Origin: Azolla caroliniana
Taxonomy: Eukaryota > Plantae > Polypodiophyta
Direction: 5' to 3'
DNA length: 64,000 bases
NCBI GenBank assembly: GCA_043228905.1
Contig: JBHGNT010000002.1
Location: forward strand, 5,580,001 to 5,644,000
In this document: positions 36,835-50,939 of the stretch, piece after piece
Layout of the letters: every line of letters begins with the position of its first letter
Numbering within the stretch: the first letter of the stretch is position 1
Translations under genes and position numbers: made by a program
The notes under the pieces: model-generated
Databases searched by the model: none
Told to the model about the DNA's origin: nothing
The model's input: the letters and a program-made list of their open reading frames with translations, nothing else

Positions 36835-37284
36835 TAGCAATGGGCGTGGTTCGGTTTCTTGGCCTTGAAACCAAACCAAACCATTTATTTATATTAAAAA
36901 CCAATCCAAACTGTTTAATTTTTATGAAGCCATTTAAGTTTGGTTTAGAGCCGAACCGTTTATGAAAAATTTAGAACCTAACCAAATTGGTTTATCATAA
37001 ATCAAAACCAAACCAAATTGATAAACCTATAAACCTTTAAACCTTCAAAACTTTTAAACGTTAAAACCAAACCACATAAGATGAAACCATTAAACTGTGA
37101 AATTCAAAACCGAACCGATAAATCGATAAGCCACTAAACCATGAAATTCAAAACCAAACTGAATCGGATCATAATATTTGAAACCAAACCAAACGGTTTA
37201 CTTATCTTTGAACCAATAAGTCGTTAAACCATGGCGTAACGGTTTGGTTTGGTTCGGTTCGAGTTGAAATCGTGCCCATTGCTA
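36835..37284 (+). mobile_element. hAT-type MITE, family A copy 1
   Basis: TIR TAGCAATGGGC...GCCCATTGCTA, perfect 8-bp TSD GTGAGTGG, and many subterminal AAACC/GGTTT motifs. Confidence 0.93.
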
Positions 37285-40200
37285 GTGAGTGGAAGGGAAC
37301 TTAAAATTTTGTAGATAGTAGATAGTTGCAAGAGCAGGATTTTATTGTATGGTGAATGGAGTGTGATTCAAAATTTTGTTTTGTGAATTCTTAAACACAT
37401 AGGTTGCCTATCAATTTATTTCTTTATATTAAACATTTTTTGCATAACACTTTTTTTGAAGCTCATCCTATTGAGTATATCCCTTTCATGTTTCAAACAG
37501 TTCTCAGTTTTTATATCTTTTTATGGCCGGAACTTATATATCCTTGGGCATGCAAATTTGTTAAACATGGTGTCATGTAAACATGCATGCGTGTGCTACT
37601 CAAGTAGGACCTTGGGGGTCTTGGACTAGGGAAGACGGAAGATTAGGAGGATATGAACGTAGGGGACTTTTCATCAGCACTGTTCTTCTCCATTCCCATC
37701 TGGAGGGACCTGTCTCCCAACATCAACTTTCTCAGGATATAAGCATTAACATGTCCATGTTGTAGAAAAAGAAAGGGTGGCATTAGAAGTGGAAGATAAA
37801 CCCTCGTTTGCTCCCTAGTGTGAAAGGAGACAAACACAAAAGCACTTCAATGCCATGGAAGTATTAAAACCAACTTTTTGGCTCTTCCAAACTTCTTTTT
37901 CACATTTGATGCTATAAAGTATAGACTAGAGCTTCTCTTCTCTCTCATAAGATTTGTACTAAGCATTTTTCTCTAAGCTTTGGATTAACCTACCAATATT
38001 TGTTTGTATGCTTAATGTTTCACTAATTGAAGCATGTTTATTCTATTTGTGTGCTTTTCTTTTATGTAACCCATCTAAATCTTTTGATTGAGTAACCTAA
38101 TTTCGTAGTTTTTCAATGACTGAGGGAAGAAACAATATTGAATTACAAAGGAGAGTAAGAAGTGTTGGTTGTTCGACATGTTGATAATAATAAAATTAAT
38201 GTAAATGTACAATAAGATTCTTGCAATTACATATAAAGATGTCAAAGATCAAATCAAGATATCATTAAATATGATCTTTAAGGTATCTTGTAGTAGTTGA
38301 GGTCAAGTAGATAGTTATAAGTGGGTACTTTATGTAGGTGATAGAACTTTGATATCATATGCACTTACGCAATGTAGCTGTAGAGTTGCTATGATCACCA
38401 TGATTAGGTCCGTCCATTTGTGTCTCCTTTCTAAGACAGGATATGCATACTTCGAAGAATCAAGTCTCGATGTGTGAATAAGGCATACTCATATGAGCTC
38501 AACCTTCTAGGTGTTCTCTTTAGTATGACACTCAAATGATCAACCCCTCTTAACATAACATCATAGCTTTCATGAATCATATGCAGAGCATGTAAAAAAA
38601 CAAGTGATACTCATCCTCTACTAGCCCTTGCATACCTTACATGCCTTTATATTTGGCTGATTTTGATGCCATAACACAACTTCAATACCTAGGTTGTGTG
38701 ATTGAGTGAAAAGGAGAGTTATAGCTTTACAAGAGTTAATACTCATGTTAGTAATGAGGTAATGTTGAATATGGTTAATAGTCCTTATTGGGTAATATAG
38801 AAGCCAACATTTAGGATTGATGTTTGCAATGTAATATTCTAATTTTTTCCTTTTAGCATCTTTCCACTTCTTCCTTAGTGGCTCCATTAATCTTTCCTCA
38901 ATAATTACATATTCATAGCATCTCTTGAAAGCTCTAAGAGATCTTCCACATCGAAAATGATAAGGAAAAAGAGGATAATTGACCATAAATAATAGATATC
39001 AAATAGAAGAGTGATGCCTATCTATTTGTCCTTGGCCAACATTTCATACAAATAGAGCTTCATTTATTTGCTCCAAATCGCCCTTTGTTGCTTGTAATCG
39101 CTGCCATGCCATGTATCACCTACTCATTGATTAATCTATCTTTTAAACATGTATGTGGTATCCCTTTGGTATAGTGTCACTATATGTATCAAGTGTCCTT
39201 AGCCATCATTTATTAAGTAAATGGGAATCACATTGCACGCAACTACTACACCAACTCACTTACTACATAGTTGACATTTGGCCAAGTACATGGGAAGTGC
39301 AACTCTTTCCCACAATCACTAGACACTGAACCCACATCAAAGTCATTGAGTGGTGAGGGCCATGCCTTATATAGATGTCATTGTTATGAAGACTCTCTTA
39401 TTGAACCACCCCTTGTCTCACATCAAGCCGCATCAATAAATATCAATGCTAATGATGCCATAGAACCCCAACATAACACACATTCATGGATAATGACTTC
39501 AACGATCATTTCCGATTCAACAATGATCTTCCACTGCTTACCAAATTGTATAACTTCTACCTCGAGTTTGATGTTGAGAAAAAAATAAATTTGCTCATTT
39601 ACCTTGCAATCTACAACAACAAATCGAGAGTTTTGGTTTGACTCTATCTTAGAGGAGTCACAATGGTAGCCTCATCACATAACCCCTTAGTTAGTACCAA
39701 CTCTGGCACTAGAAGTTTTTCTCTAATCCAGATGCACAATCCCATATTAGGAAGTGGTGTACCCACCAACCAACTATACATATGGACAAGCCCAAGTCCA
39801 ACTTTCTTTCCTCTCCCTTGACAATAACCATGGTTTGAGTACTTAACTGATACAAGGAGGTTCCCTACAATCTGTTTCAATTGGCAAACATGCCGTCAAC
39901 CACCTAGATAACCAAACTAATGAAACATAGATCCATAAAGTTATTGGAATATTAATCAAACTTTAGCTTGATCTACTTGAACTTGACATATGGAAAACCA
40001 TTTGCATTTTAGCCTCCACATCCTATTAAAGTTTGCAATTTTGAAAATCAATGGTTCAAGATTTTCAATCACCCTTGTTGGGGCCTTATATATTTATATA
40101 TAGGTTCCACAAGGAGATAAATGGCCAATCTTTGAACCCGCGTTGTAGTGGTTTGTTTGCGCTATCAACGAGACTTCAAGACAAGGGTAGTATAAGGTTG

Positions 40201-41726
40201 ATTCAACTAGACTCCTTCAACTTTGAACAAACCCCTATGTTGTTCTTCACTAGTTATAACATAAGTTATACTACAAGGGCAACATAATAGAGTGTTTAAA
40301 ATCAACATCAAGAGATACCACTACCTTCACTCAACATATGTCATCTTCAACATGCACAATTTCTATACCGACCACCAAAAGTGAGCACTATGTGTCTGAG
40401 CCTTGTTAAGGACAAAAGCTCAACATAAAATATCCTTGGGGATGCCCTATGTGGTTATTGTTTACAAATTGAAGCATACTTATTCTCTATGTGTGCTTTT
40501 CTTTTACTTAACATGTCTAAGTCTTTAGATTAATAAGCTAATTTTTCTTATTCGACGACCAAAAACAAAACCTAGGTCTGTCGCACAATTTGGGGTGGAA
40601 ACATTATGTATGCAGAAATCGATAGTGTTTAAGATGTATTCCTTTCAGCCTTCTCAAAGTGATCTATTTTGGTATGGTATGTTTTCATCTTTACATGTCT
40701 TGTTGGGGGTCATGGGTTATAAAAACTCTCATGACTATCTTTATTTTGATGTTTTTGTTCTGGACAACTTCATTATATCATTATGGAAGACAAAATTGTA
40801 TCTCAAGGGAGTATGTTGCCTATTCGTATATTGTGAAAAAACGATAAAAAATGGATGTTGAATCCACACCCAAATGATATAAACAATTTATCTGAATTGT
40901 GGGTTTACGAGAATAAGCCCATTGACAAACTTTTGTGGGATCCCAATGAATGGAAATGGCAAAGCATATCAGCACGAGGAATGCTAGGCAAGCAAATCCC
41001 ATTTTTTCAGTACTCGGTAAAAATGGGTAGAGAATTGCTAAGGAGGCATGTGGCTGTTATGCCAACAACATGTAAATTTTGGAGTTTGGGTAATGTACAA
41101 CACTCTTGGTTGAATGGTTATTGGAAATGGCTATGGGCCATGCAAATTCCTAGAAAATCCGTCTTGTTTAAATGGTTGTTGGTACATTATGGCACCCTTG
41201 TGAAGTCATGGATAAAGCGGCATTGCCATGATTTAAAATGTGACAATTGTGGTTTTCCCAGTGAAATGGTGCACCATGTTTTATGGGTATGTCCTATAGC
41301 TAGAGCAATATGGAAAAGAATGTTGAGAATTTTGTATTCTATTTATGGTAAACACGTGTACACATGGGGTTTTGTGAGATGGGGAAGGCTGGTTAAAGAA
41401 ATACAGAATTATGAAAGGGACTATGTTGATTTTTTTCTCCTCTCCGATGGAAGACATGTACTGGTGGCCGCTTATTCTACACCAATCCATTGTTTGGAAG
41501 AAGACAAGGTTTGGTCTACGATATCTTCTTTAGTAGTTTGGATATTATGGAAGGCAAGATGTAAGTGTGTATTTTAGAATGTCAAACCGAATGTGGTTCA
41601 GTTAGTCAAGGAGATATGGTTGATGCTCTTGCATACTCTAAGAGGTCAATATGAGGCAATACATGGTGAGCCTGATGTTGTGTTTCACAAGCAACAACAA
41701 TTTCGAGAAATTTGGAAGAAGGAAGA

Positions 41727-44700
41727 TGTTACGGGCATGACCATATAATATCCATGTGTATAGAATACTACGGTAAATTCACACCACGGGATATTATATG
41801 GTCATGCCCGTAAAAGGACTATATCCCGTCGACGTATGCTTGGAGCTGTTATAAGCAAACTCCAAAATTGGGAGATAACGTTCCCATTTGGTTGGTTTTG
41901 CACCAACGTATGCTCGAAGCATGTCCTCAATAATTTGATTTACTCATTTTGTCTGTCCATCGGATTGAGGATGATCCGTGGAGCTCATGCTCAATGTAGT
42001 TTCTAACTTCTTAAAGACTTGCGTCCAGAAGTCACTAGTAAACTTTGGATCTCATCACTCACGATATCCATCGGTAACCCATAAAAATGAAATAACTCGT
42101 CAACGATTTGGTAAGCCAATTCAGGAGCTGTTCCTGTGGTTTTAGTAGCAATAAATCTGGCCATTTTAGTTAGTCTATCAACCACAACCCAGATGGCATC
42201 ATGGCCTTTTTGGGTGCGAGGAAGGCTACCAATAAATCCATGGATATACTTTCCCACTCGGCTTTGTTAACCTGACATTGGTGACATTTAGTCACATAAC
42301 TATGTATGTCAGGGCGCATCTTAGGCCAATAGAATTGAGTGGAGATGAGAACGAGTGTACGATGTATTCCAGGGTGCCCTGTTGAGGGTGCATCATGGCA
42401 TTCAAAAAGAATTCTCCTTTTGACCTTGGGTAAATCTGGAACACAAACCTCCCCATTACGGTAGAGCAAACCGCTAGCAATGTGGAAGTATTCCTTCGAG
42501 GATGTGGTGGTGTTTGTTCCAGACTCAACTCTTGCCCAATATTTCGCAAAATAACTATCATCAGAATACTTTCCTCAAAGCTGATCATAAAGATCTAATG
42601 TTATTTCAGTGAAGCTAAGCATGTTAACTTCACGAATGCGACTTAGTGCATCAGCGACAGTGTTCATGGAACCTTTGTGATATCGTATGGAAAAATCAAA
42701 GTCCTGGATGAGATCAACCCATCGTGCCTTACGACCTTTCAGGTCTTGTTGTTCACAAAAATATTTCAAGGATTCGTGGTTCGTAGTTACCACAAAGTGA
42801 TTTCCATAAAGATAATGGCGCCATGTTTTGAGCGCATGTATAACTGCAAATAACTCCTTTTCTTGAACGGTATATCGACATTGAGCAGAATCAAGTTTCT
42901 TACTCTCGAATGCTAGTGGTTTACCATCTTGATATAAGACAGCACCTATAGCATAATCGCTTGCATCGGTTTCAACCTCAAAAGGTTTTGAAGGATCAGG
43001 TAAAAGAAGTGAAGGAGCCTTGCACACCAGGTCCTTGAGTTCCTTAAAGGCGAGGTCTAGTGTAGCATTCCAGACAATAGGTTTTGTAGAATTACGTGTT
43101 TGACCTTTTAGAACATCAATAAACGACTTCGTCAATTGGGAGTAATTACGAAGGGATTTTCGCAAAAACCCAACAAAACCAAGGAATGATCGAACTTCTC
43201 AAATGTTCCAAATAATGGGCCAAAGCTTGATTTTCTCAATGTGAGAAGGATCAATTTCAACTCCTCGTTCGGTTATGAGATGTCTAAGATAAGTAATTGA
43301 TTTCTTGAAGAACTCACATTTTGAGATCTTCGCATAAAATTGTTTCTCACGCAATGTTTGTAAAACAAAGCGAACATGTTTAACATGTTCTTGTAATGTA
43401 CGACTATAAACTAAAATATCATCCAAGAAAATAACGACAAATTTTCCAAGTTGTTCTAGGAAAATGTCATTCATTTCTTATTGAAATGTAGCCGGAGCAT
43501 TGGTCAAACCAAAAGGCATAACCAAAAACTCATAATGGCCACAATGCATACGAAATGCCGTTTTAGGAACATCGTCCTCACTTATACGAATTTGATGGTA
43601 GCCAGTACGGAGATCAAGTTTCGTAAAATACCGAGATGCCTGGAGACGGTCAATTAGATCGTCAGCTCGGGGCAATGGTTACGAATTCTTGATCCTCACT
43701 TTATTCACGCGTCGGTAATTAATACACATACGCCATGTGCCCTCTTTCTTTTTAACCAAGAGAATTGGTGCACCCCATGGAGATTTACTATAACGTATAT
43801 AACCCATTCGTAAATAGTCCTTGAGTTGCTTAGATACCTCATCCTCTTCGGATCGACTTAAGTGATAAGGAGGTATACTTATTGGTGCAACGCCAACTAC
43901 AATATCTATACGATGCTCTATATTATGTTTAGGAGGTAACCCATCTGGTAGTTCACTCGGAAAAACATCACGAAAATCATTTAAGATTTCATCAAGTTGT
44001 TGTTGTTCAAAATATGTTAATTGAACCGAGACATTATCGATATTGTAGAGTACACAATAAAATAGAGTAGAACAAGACAACTCAGATATTGATGGAGAGG
44101 AAACAATCGAGAGGGATTGTTTTTTTGCACATTGAATAAAATGAGTACAATCGTCCAGTACAAATGTTATTGAATGATGACCCCAATCAATAGATAAAGA
44201 AGAGTTTTTATTATAGAATTATGGATAACCCAATATTACATCAATGGTACAAAGATTCATTACATGGAAGTCTACTTCCTCTATATAAGTATAAATAGAA
44301 ATTCCTAATGAATGAATCACCCCATTGATGTATTGTACTCTTCCATTAGCCAAGTGCACCGTATAAGTGTGATCACTTACGGTGGGTTGGATTCCCCAGG
44401 AACACGAACGGAAGTGAGTGACCATGCAGCCCTCACCGGGAACTCGAACACAAACACCAACGGGAGTGAGCGACCATGTGCGGTCCTCACCTGAGACTAG
44501 AACACGAACGGGAGTGAGCGACCATGCGGCCCTCACCAGGAACAAGAACACGAACGGGAGTGACACCCATGCCACCAAGCGGCGGCCTTACCTCCTTGAG
44601 TTCCTTCCACTTGAGCGGATGACATCGGGTTGTTATTTTGAGCCATTAAATGATTATTTCTGGCAAAGAAATAGGATAAGGTCAGACAAATAGTCATAAC

Positions 44701-46779
44701 ATCATGTCGTGATGTAAACATATCATGGACAAACATTAATAGTTATCATGATCTCACGTCAATACCCCTTTAGACGTATGAGATGAGGTTCAAGATCAGG
44801 TTACTATGGTAACACAAAGGTGTTTTAAAAACCATGGGGGTGACAAATTAATGTCTTTCCCTGATCTCTATATTGATTTTTTCATGGCAGCTCCCCGAGG
44901 CTCAACATGTTCGCGTCATGAGTAGTTTATACACGAAAAAAATGTTGACAATAAACTATGTTTCTGTGCCCACATATGTGGTTTCGGCTCTTTAAGTCCT
45001 ATTACGAGGACCCCGAAGTGCACTTAGACCTCAAGTCTAAACATGTGTTATAGTCATATGTATCAACGATGTTGTATGGTCTTGGTTATATTTGAACTCG
45101 AGACCTCGAGAACAAATGCATTAAACATTGGAGCCAACCAAGTAGGTTGTTCTTCTTGAATGATTAATGTTTCATGCGTATAAGTGATATGCGAGGCATT
45201 TGCCCATATATGTTTTTTAAAAAGAAACATATATGTCAAGAGTCCTTATTTCCCCCTCGTTTACTACAAAATATGTTGGTACGTTACCTAACCTCAAGTC
45301 TCGTAATTACGATGGCATACGCCAAAGTGCAACCTAATGGTCAAGCCAAATGAGCCCTCTTTTCGTAGTAGGCCCACGTGGCCCATCACATGGTTACGTC
45401 ATTACGAATGCCTCTCATAAGAATGATCTCATGGTGACATCGTTTCCATGCAATGAGGGAGGGATGTTGGATATGTGTGTCATAGGAGCGACCTCACATG
45501 AAGTGGGTCAAGCCCTACGTTCTCAACATCATTGTGGCTATAGGCATTTATTTATGTAATAAAATCGAAGTCACCAACCAATAAAAAATTGTTGAAAAAA
45601 GGGATGGTGACAACACCATTTTCACAAAAATGTGAGGATGGCCACCAAGATCCTTTCCCCAAAAATGAAAACATTCGATATTAAAATCATGTAATAGCTT
45701 ATATACACATATGTATATTATCACATATATATGATCAATACGTATACACGTGACCACATATGTGTATATTAAACAAATCGTTACATCAAATAGCCATATA
45801 TAATATAATCGAGATACGTAATCGAGTCATATACCTCTACGTAAACGAAACATCCAAAAATAAGGGTTCATCATAATACGCAATTGAGGTATTGACCTCT
45901 TACGCATACGAGACCAAACACATAACATTTACAACGAAATCAAGGTATTGACCTCATACACATATGTATGTGAGCGTAATACGCAATTGAGGTATTAACC
46001 TCATGCGCATACGACACTAATCACATATTCAATATATGTGAAAATGAGGTATTGACCTCATACACATATGTAAACGTTTTATACAAACAATTAATTACCA
46101 CTACAACATCATTGAATTAATGAAAATAATTACATATCAACTATAGACATGATTAGATGGGAGAAGAAAAAATAGAAAAAAATAAGGAAAGAGTTACCGA
46201 AGTTCCTTTGTTTATCGTTGTCTAGATCAAGGCCGACTGCACATCGATCGATCACCATCAATCAACAAAACAAAAGACAACAAAAGAAACATTAGAACAT
46301 TAGAACATAGGCTCTGAAACCAACTATTAGAGACATGAACTAAAGTAAGCATAAAATAAGGATAAAAGATAGATCTAGATAGAAAGGAGAGAGAGAAAGA
46401 AGGGTGTCGATCCACCCGACCACCCCTGAGCGAAGGGATCGAGACGGACTCAAGCCTCGATTGGCGTCCCATACCACCGTCGTGGCGTCGAGTCGTACCT
46501 GGTGCTGGCGCGCTCGCTACAAGAGTTGACCCACCACAAGACAGAGTCTCGACGTAGTCAACAAGATGATCCAATGAGGGTAGCTAGGCCTCTTATTTAT
46601 AGTGATACCCAAGGCCCCCATGCAAGTTCACAGTTGGCCTAATGGGTTGTCTCAATCCTGAGGATTAAAAGTAATCCTCTCCTTCTTTACACTCTCGTTT
46701 AACCTTCACACTTATCCACGTGTATAGAATACTACGGTAAATTCTCACCACGGGATATTATATGGTCATGCCCGTAACA
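41727..46779 (-). mobile_element. Decayed Ty3/gypsy retrotransposon with rearranged LTRs and 27-bp terminal inverted repeats
   Basis: Domain order is protease half (DVILGYP), RT ([46 protein letters not shown]), RNase H (ETDASDYAIGAVL) and integrase (GHPG..CHQCQ, VVDRLTK, IVSD). The ends are TGTTACGGGCATGACCATATAATATCC and GGATATTATATGGTCATGCCCGTAACA. Confidence 0.88.
41814..44375 (-). pseudogene. Gypsy pol pseudogene (PR-RT-RH-INT), truncated at both ends
   Basis: A chain of ORF fragments from 42003 to 44578 with stops and frameshifts. The integrase ends at LEFAYNSSKHTSTGYSPF. Confidence 0.9.
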
Positions 46780-47679
46780 ACAAAGGTCTTCACCTATTTT
46801 GGGGACAGAATAAAATGGAGATATGCTCCACCAAAATGGCTTTTTCTGCCCCCTATCTTGAAAGGACCATGCATGAGGGTTTCCGTTACTAGACATGTTG
46901 ATTCATGTGGGTAGGAGGGTTGTAATTTATTCTATGGATTCTTTGTAGCCTTTCGACATCTTTTCATTAATACCACGGTGAATCTTGACTTTAAAATAAA
47001 TAAATTAATAAACTAATTTTTTTGTTAAGTTAATCATTGTGAAGAGCAAGGCCAAGTTTTTCTTGGTGATTAGTGCAATCTTTAGTAGATTACGAGTGAT
47101 TGGTAATTGCTCCTACCTATGTCGCATACAACAATTTAGAATTGTGTCAGTAACTATCAAGGAAGAAACTTGGAGGATAAAGATGGAGAAGAAAACAAGG
47201 ATGGCTTGTTTCACACTCTTTTATCAAAACGTTGAATGTGGATATTCTAAAGGAGACAAGAAATAGTTTCAAGGAGATCTAGTTCTTCACGTTCAAGTAG
47301 ATGAGAGGAAGGGTTACTTGGATACAAGCTACATGGTTGATAAGAAGGGTATATAAATTAATAGAATTTTGTCATGTTCATCGTGCTATCTTATTTCGAA
47401 TCATGTATGGCTCTCGCAACAAAGAGTAACTGTTCAATTTATCGCATCATACTAGTGATAATGATAAAAGAGAAGCGCTCATCAAATCCCTCTCTATAAC
47501 ATGTTTCCAACAAAAGGGTGCATTTCACATATTGAAGATACGTAACCCATAATTTTGTTTCACTTGCAATCATGGCATTGCGATGGAGCATCGAGATAAC
47601 ATAAAATGTCTATGTATATGAGTGATTGTGTGTTAATTACAACCTTTCCTCCCAAGAATGGACAATGCAAGGTTCATTC

Positions 47680-48135
47680 CCATTACAGTAGTAGTAAATG
47701 GCGAAAGGACATTGAAACGCCTCGTCCTTGTTGAGAGCCGAGCCATTGCAAAAGATGGACATAAATGGTGGGCTTGTGCTTACATTGGACCAACTCATTC
47801 ACACGCACGACATGTTCTCGTGCCGAAAATGTATGCCCACCCCCACTCAATAGTAGTAGCACCGTGGCCATCAGTCCTTCGAAATAGGCCCCCTCTAATG
47901 GTAAGCAAAGGCCCCGATGCAACCAACGGACATAAATGGTGGGCGTCTGCTTACGTTGGACCGACTCACTCACACACGCTGCGTGTTCTCGTGCCGGAAA
48001 TGTCCGCCCGCCCAACCCCACTCAAGAGTAGTTAGCATGCACGAGAAATGTTCGCCTGCCTGCCTGCCCTCGCGCCCGCCCCCACTCAACAATAGTAGCA
48101 CAATGGCCATAAACCTCCGAAATAGGCCCCTCTCT
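47680..48135. repeat. Diverged ~170-bp tandem repeat (2 full copies plus a partial) upstream of the TIN1-like gene
   Basis: GGACATAAATGGTGGGC..TGCTTAC(A/G)TTGGACC at 47757 and 47928, with CCCCACTCAA and CGAAATAGGCCCC recurring. Confidence 0.85.
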
Positions 48136-50939
48136 TTGTGTGTGGTAACTTGTAAGCAAAGGATCGATAGAATGCAAAGAAATGAATGAACAGTTGGTGA
48201 ACAACAAAAGAAGAGCATGGCCAGTAACACGCATAAATCGAGATGGTTAAAGGAATGGAGAAGCCGCAGCTGCAGCAGCAGAACACGGGTAGAAGAGGAA
48301 CAAGAGGATGATTATGATGGTGTCGGGATGTCTTCTTTTTCTTCTTCTTCTTCTTCTACTTCTTCTCGTTGGAATCGACACAGGATTTGTTTCATCGTCT
48401 TCTCTTAACGACGAGGACATCTCTGCCTTGGAGGCAGTCTCGGTATGCTCTTTTTATTTCTTCTATTTTTCGCCCATTTGAATATATATGTATGTATGTA
48501 TGTATGTATGTGTATGCCGATTTTTCTCTCTATCAAATCCTTTCTTTTGGAAATTGAAGAAGGGAGAAAAGTAGGCTGATGTTTTTAGAGAGGGAGAAAG
48601 AAAGAAAGGTCATTTGGATACCCAATAACGGGATAATAATTGGTTAAAATAGATGTAATAGTAGAGGATTTGGGTGATATCGAATGATTGTGAGTGGGCG
48701 TCAGAGAGGAAGAAAGAAAGAAGAAAAGAATATTTGGGTAGCCAATAAAGGGATTAATAACAGGTTAAAGCAAATGTTAAGGCAGAGGATTTGGGTAGGC
48801 AATAAAGGGATAATAATGTTCTAAAGTAAATATGGCAGAGGGTTTTGATGATAAGAACTCTTAAATGTACAAAAGAAAGAAAGAAATATCATTTTGGGTA
48901 GACAATTAATGGTTAATAGTGGGTTAATGTACATGGAACAGAAGAAGGCTTTAGTGATAAGATCTCTTAAAAGATAGCAACGTCTTTGAGTATAATGAAC
49001 CAAAATAAATCTAAGTATGTAAATAAAAGAAGGTACCAGAGAGTCTCTTCATCTAAGTACTTACGATTCTGAACTTAAATAAACGGTAACTTCTGCCTTT
49101 GAAAGATTCCAACAATGGCCGATCCAAGGTGGGAAGGTCTCCAAAGTGAGGGAAGCAACTTGGATACCAGGTGATAATAGCCTTTATTTTTTAATGAAAA
49201 GGGCGGCAGGCTTTTGGTTGAGATGTTCAGGGCTTATGTACATGACAAATTGCTATTGCCCAATCTATCAATGTCCTGGTTGAGACCCTACTTTTGTATC
49301 ACTTGATTGACTTGTAGCATGAGGAGTGATGGATGCAAAGAAAGTTGTGATGGTTCTTTGTTGATGAGCTGTTGAGAGGGAGAAGGAGAGAGAGGGAGGG
49401 AGAGATATATTTAATGTATTCATAGTACAATACACTTTATGAAAGAAGAGGTAGATAGTTGGATTGATAGAGGATTATGTACATAGGAGATGGGAGCTGA
49501 GCACATTTGCAAATTGCAAGTATTGAACTTTGGTTCTCTCTATTTATGACTTTGATGCTATGACATAAACCACCAATCCAACAAAGAGAATAATAATGAT
49601 GATATATTTAAAGTGAACATTGGGAACCACAACAATTGTTACAGAGAATGCAACTGTCCGGGTAAGTTGAGAATTTTAAAATGGTAGAACAAAAACACTG
49701 CAATGAAAGACGAAGCTTCTTTCCTAAATTTCACAGTTTGGATTTTCCATGAGTTAGGTTCTGTGGTCAAATAAATGAGCAAAGAGAAATCTAGTGTTAT
49801 TGGCTGTCATTTTATCCTTGCTAGGATTTTTTGAAAAAAAATCATGCTTTAATTCCTTATGTTCAAGGTAGTCCTATGTGATATGCTGTTCTGTTTCTGG
49901 TACATCAAGATAACACAGGCCAAGTATATTCCTTTTCTTCCTAATATTCAGCCAACCGCCAGTTTCTATTTTCAATGTTGCAACGTTTGCATGCATCAGT
50001 GTAATGGCACATGTCATCTCTTTGGCATGGGTGTTCAGGTGTGCGCTTGGGCATTGGCCAGCTGCCCTTGGTGAATTTCCCAATATTCAATATCAATGCA
50101 GTTGCAATAGTACTCAAACTTGGATCTATGTTGGGCTATTCTCCATTTTGTGTGGAGGACTTCCAATCTGACTGAGTAAAACCTCGCCTCATATTCTAAT
50201 CTCCCTTTCTTTTCCTCTTCAATATGCCATCTTGCAGACTATTTCTGGACGTCTTGGACCCAGCTGGATGAAAGAAATTTGCTTTTGTGGTTTCTCTGTG
50301 TAAGCATCGGGTGTGCTCACTGAAATACTATTTCACCTCTCACCAAATCTCAGATCCATAATGTAGAGTTTGCACTATGCGTGCATTAGACAAGCAAGAT
50401 ATATATAGAGAGAAATGCCCTTTTATGACAGAGAGATAGATTTCATTATTGTCTTCGAAGGTCAAATATGACCCATGGAAGACCAAAAATGTAAATTTTT
50501 TCACGTAATGCATGTGAAAGTGAGTAGTGACTCTTGATGTTCAAAAACTTTACTAATGAATGTTGCACTGTCTTTGTGAGGAAAATTCATGGAAGGATTG
50601 GGTTTGGTTGAAGATGTGTGGAAAACATAGTTAAATGTGATAAAAGTCAGAGCATTGTGTCAAAGTGTGATACTCAGACTCCCAAACTTGTTTAGGGCAA
50701 AGTGCGCACAATCAACTACTCTCATCACTTGTGCCAAAACGCCCCATCTCGTAGTGTAGTTAGTCTAAGCTAAGTCACATGGAAGCAATGGTTTGGATGG
50801 AAGACGACAGGATGGGCTGCTCTAACATGCATTGATGTGTGCGGTTTCCTTCTTAAGTGAAGAATATGGTTTTGTAATTTGGTGCAATATATGTAGTATA
50901 TTGTGTGAAGCATGAGCCTCCACATTCTTCCCATGTCAT

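Larger units (their letters stand above)
40855..47012 (+). mobile_element. LINE 3' remnant (zf-RVT-like ORF2 C-terminus), split by the gypsy insertion into 40855-41726 and 46780-~47012
   Basis: WKWLWAMQIPRKSVLFKWLLVH..CDNCG..EMVHHVLWVCPIARAIW..WILWKARCKCVF. Coding-like sequence resumes after the gypsy (KVFTYFGDRIKWRYAPPKWLF) and is followed by an A-rich tail near 46993-47012. Confidence 0.75.
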
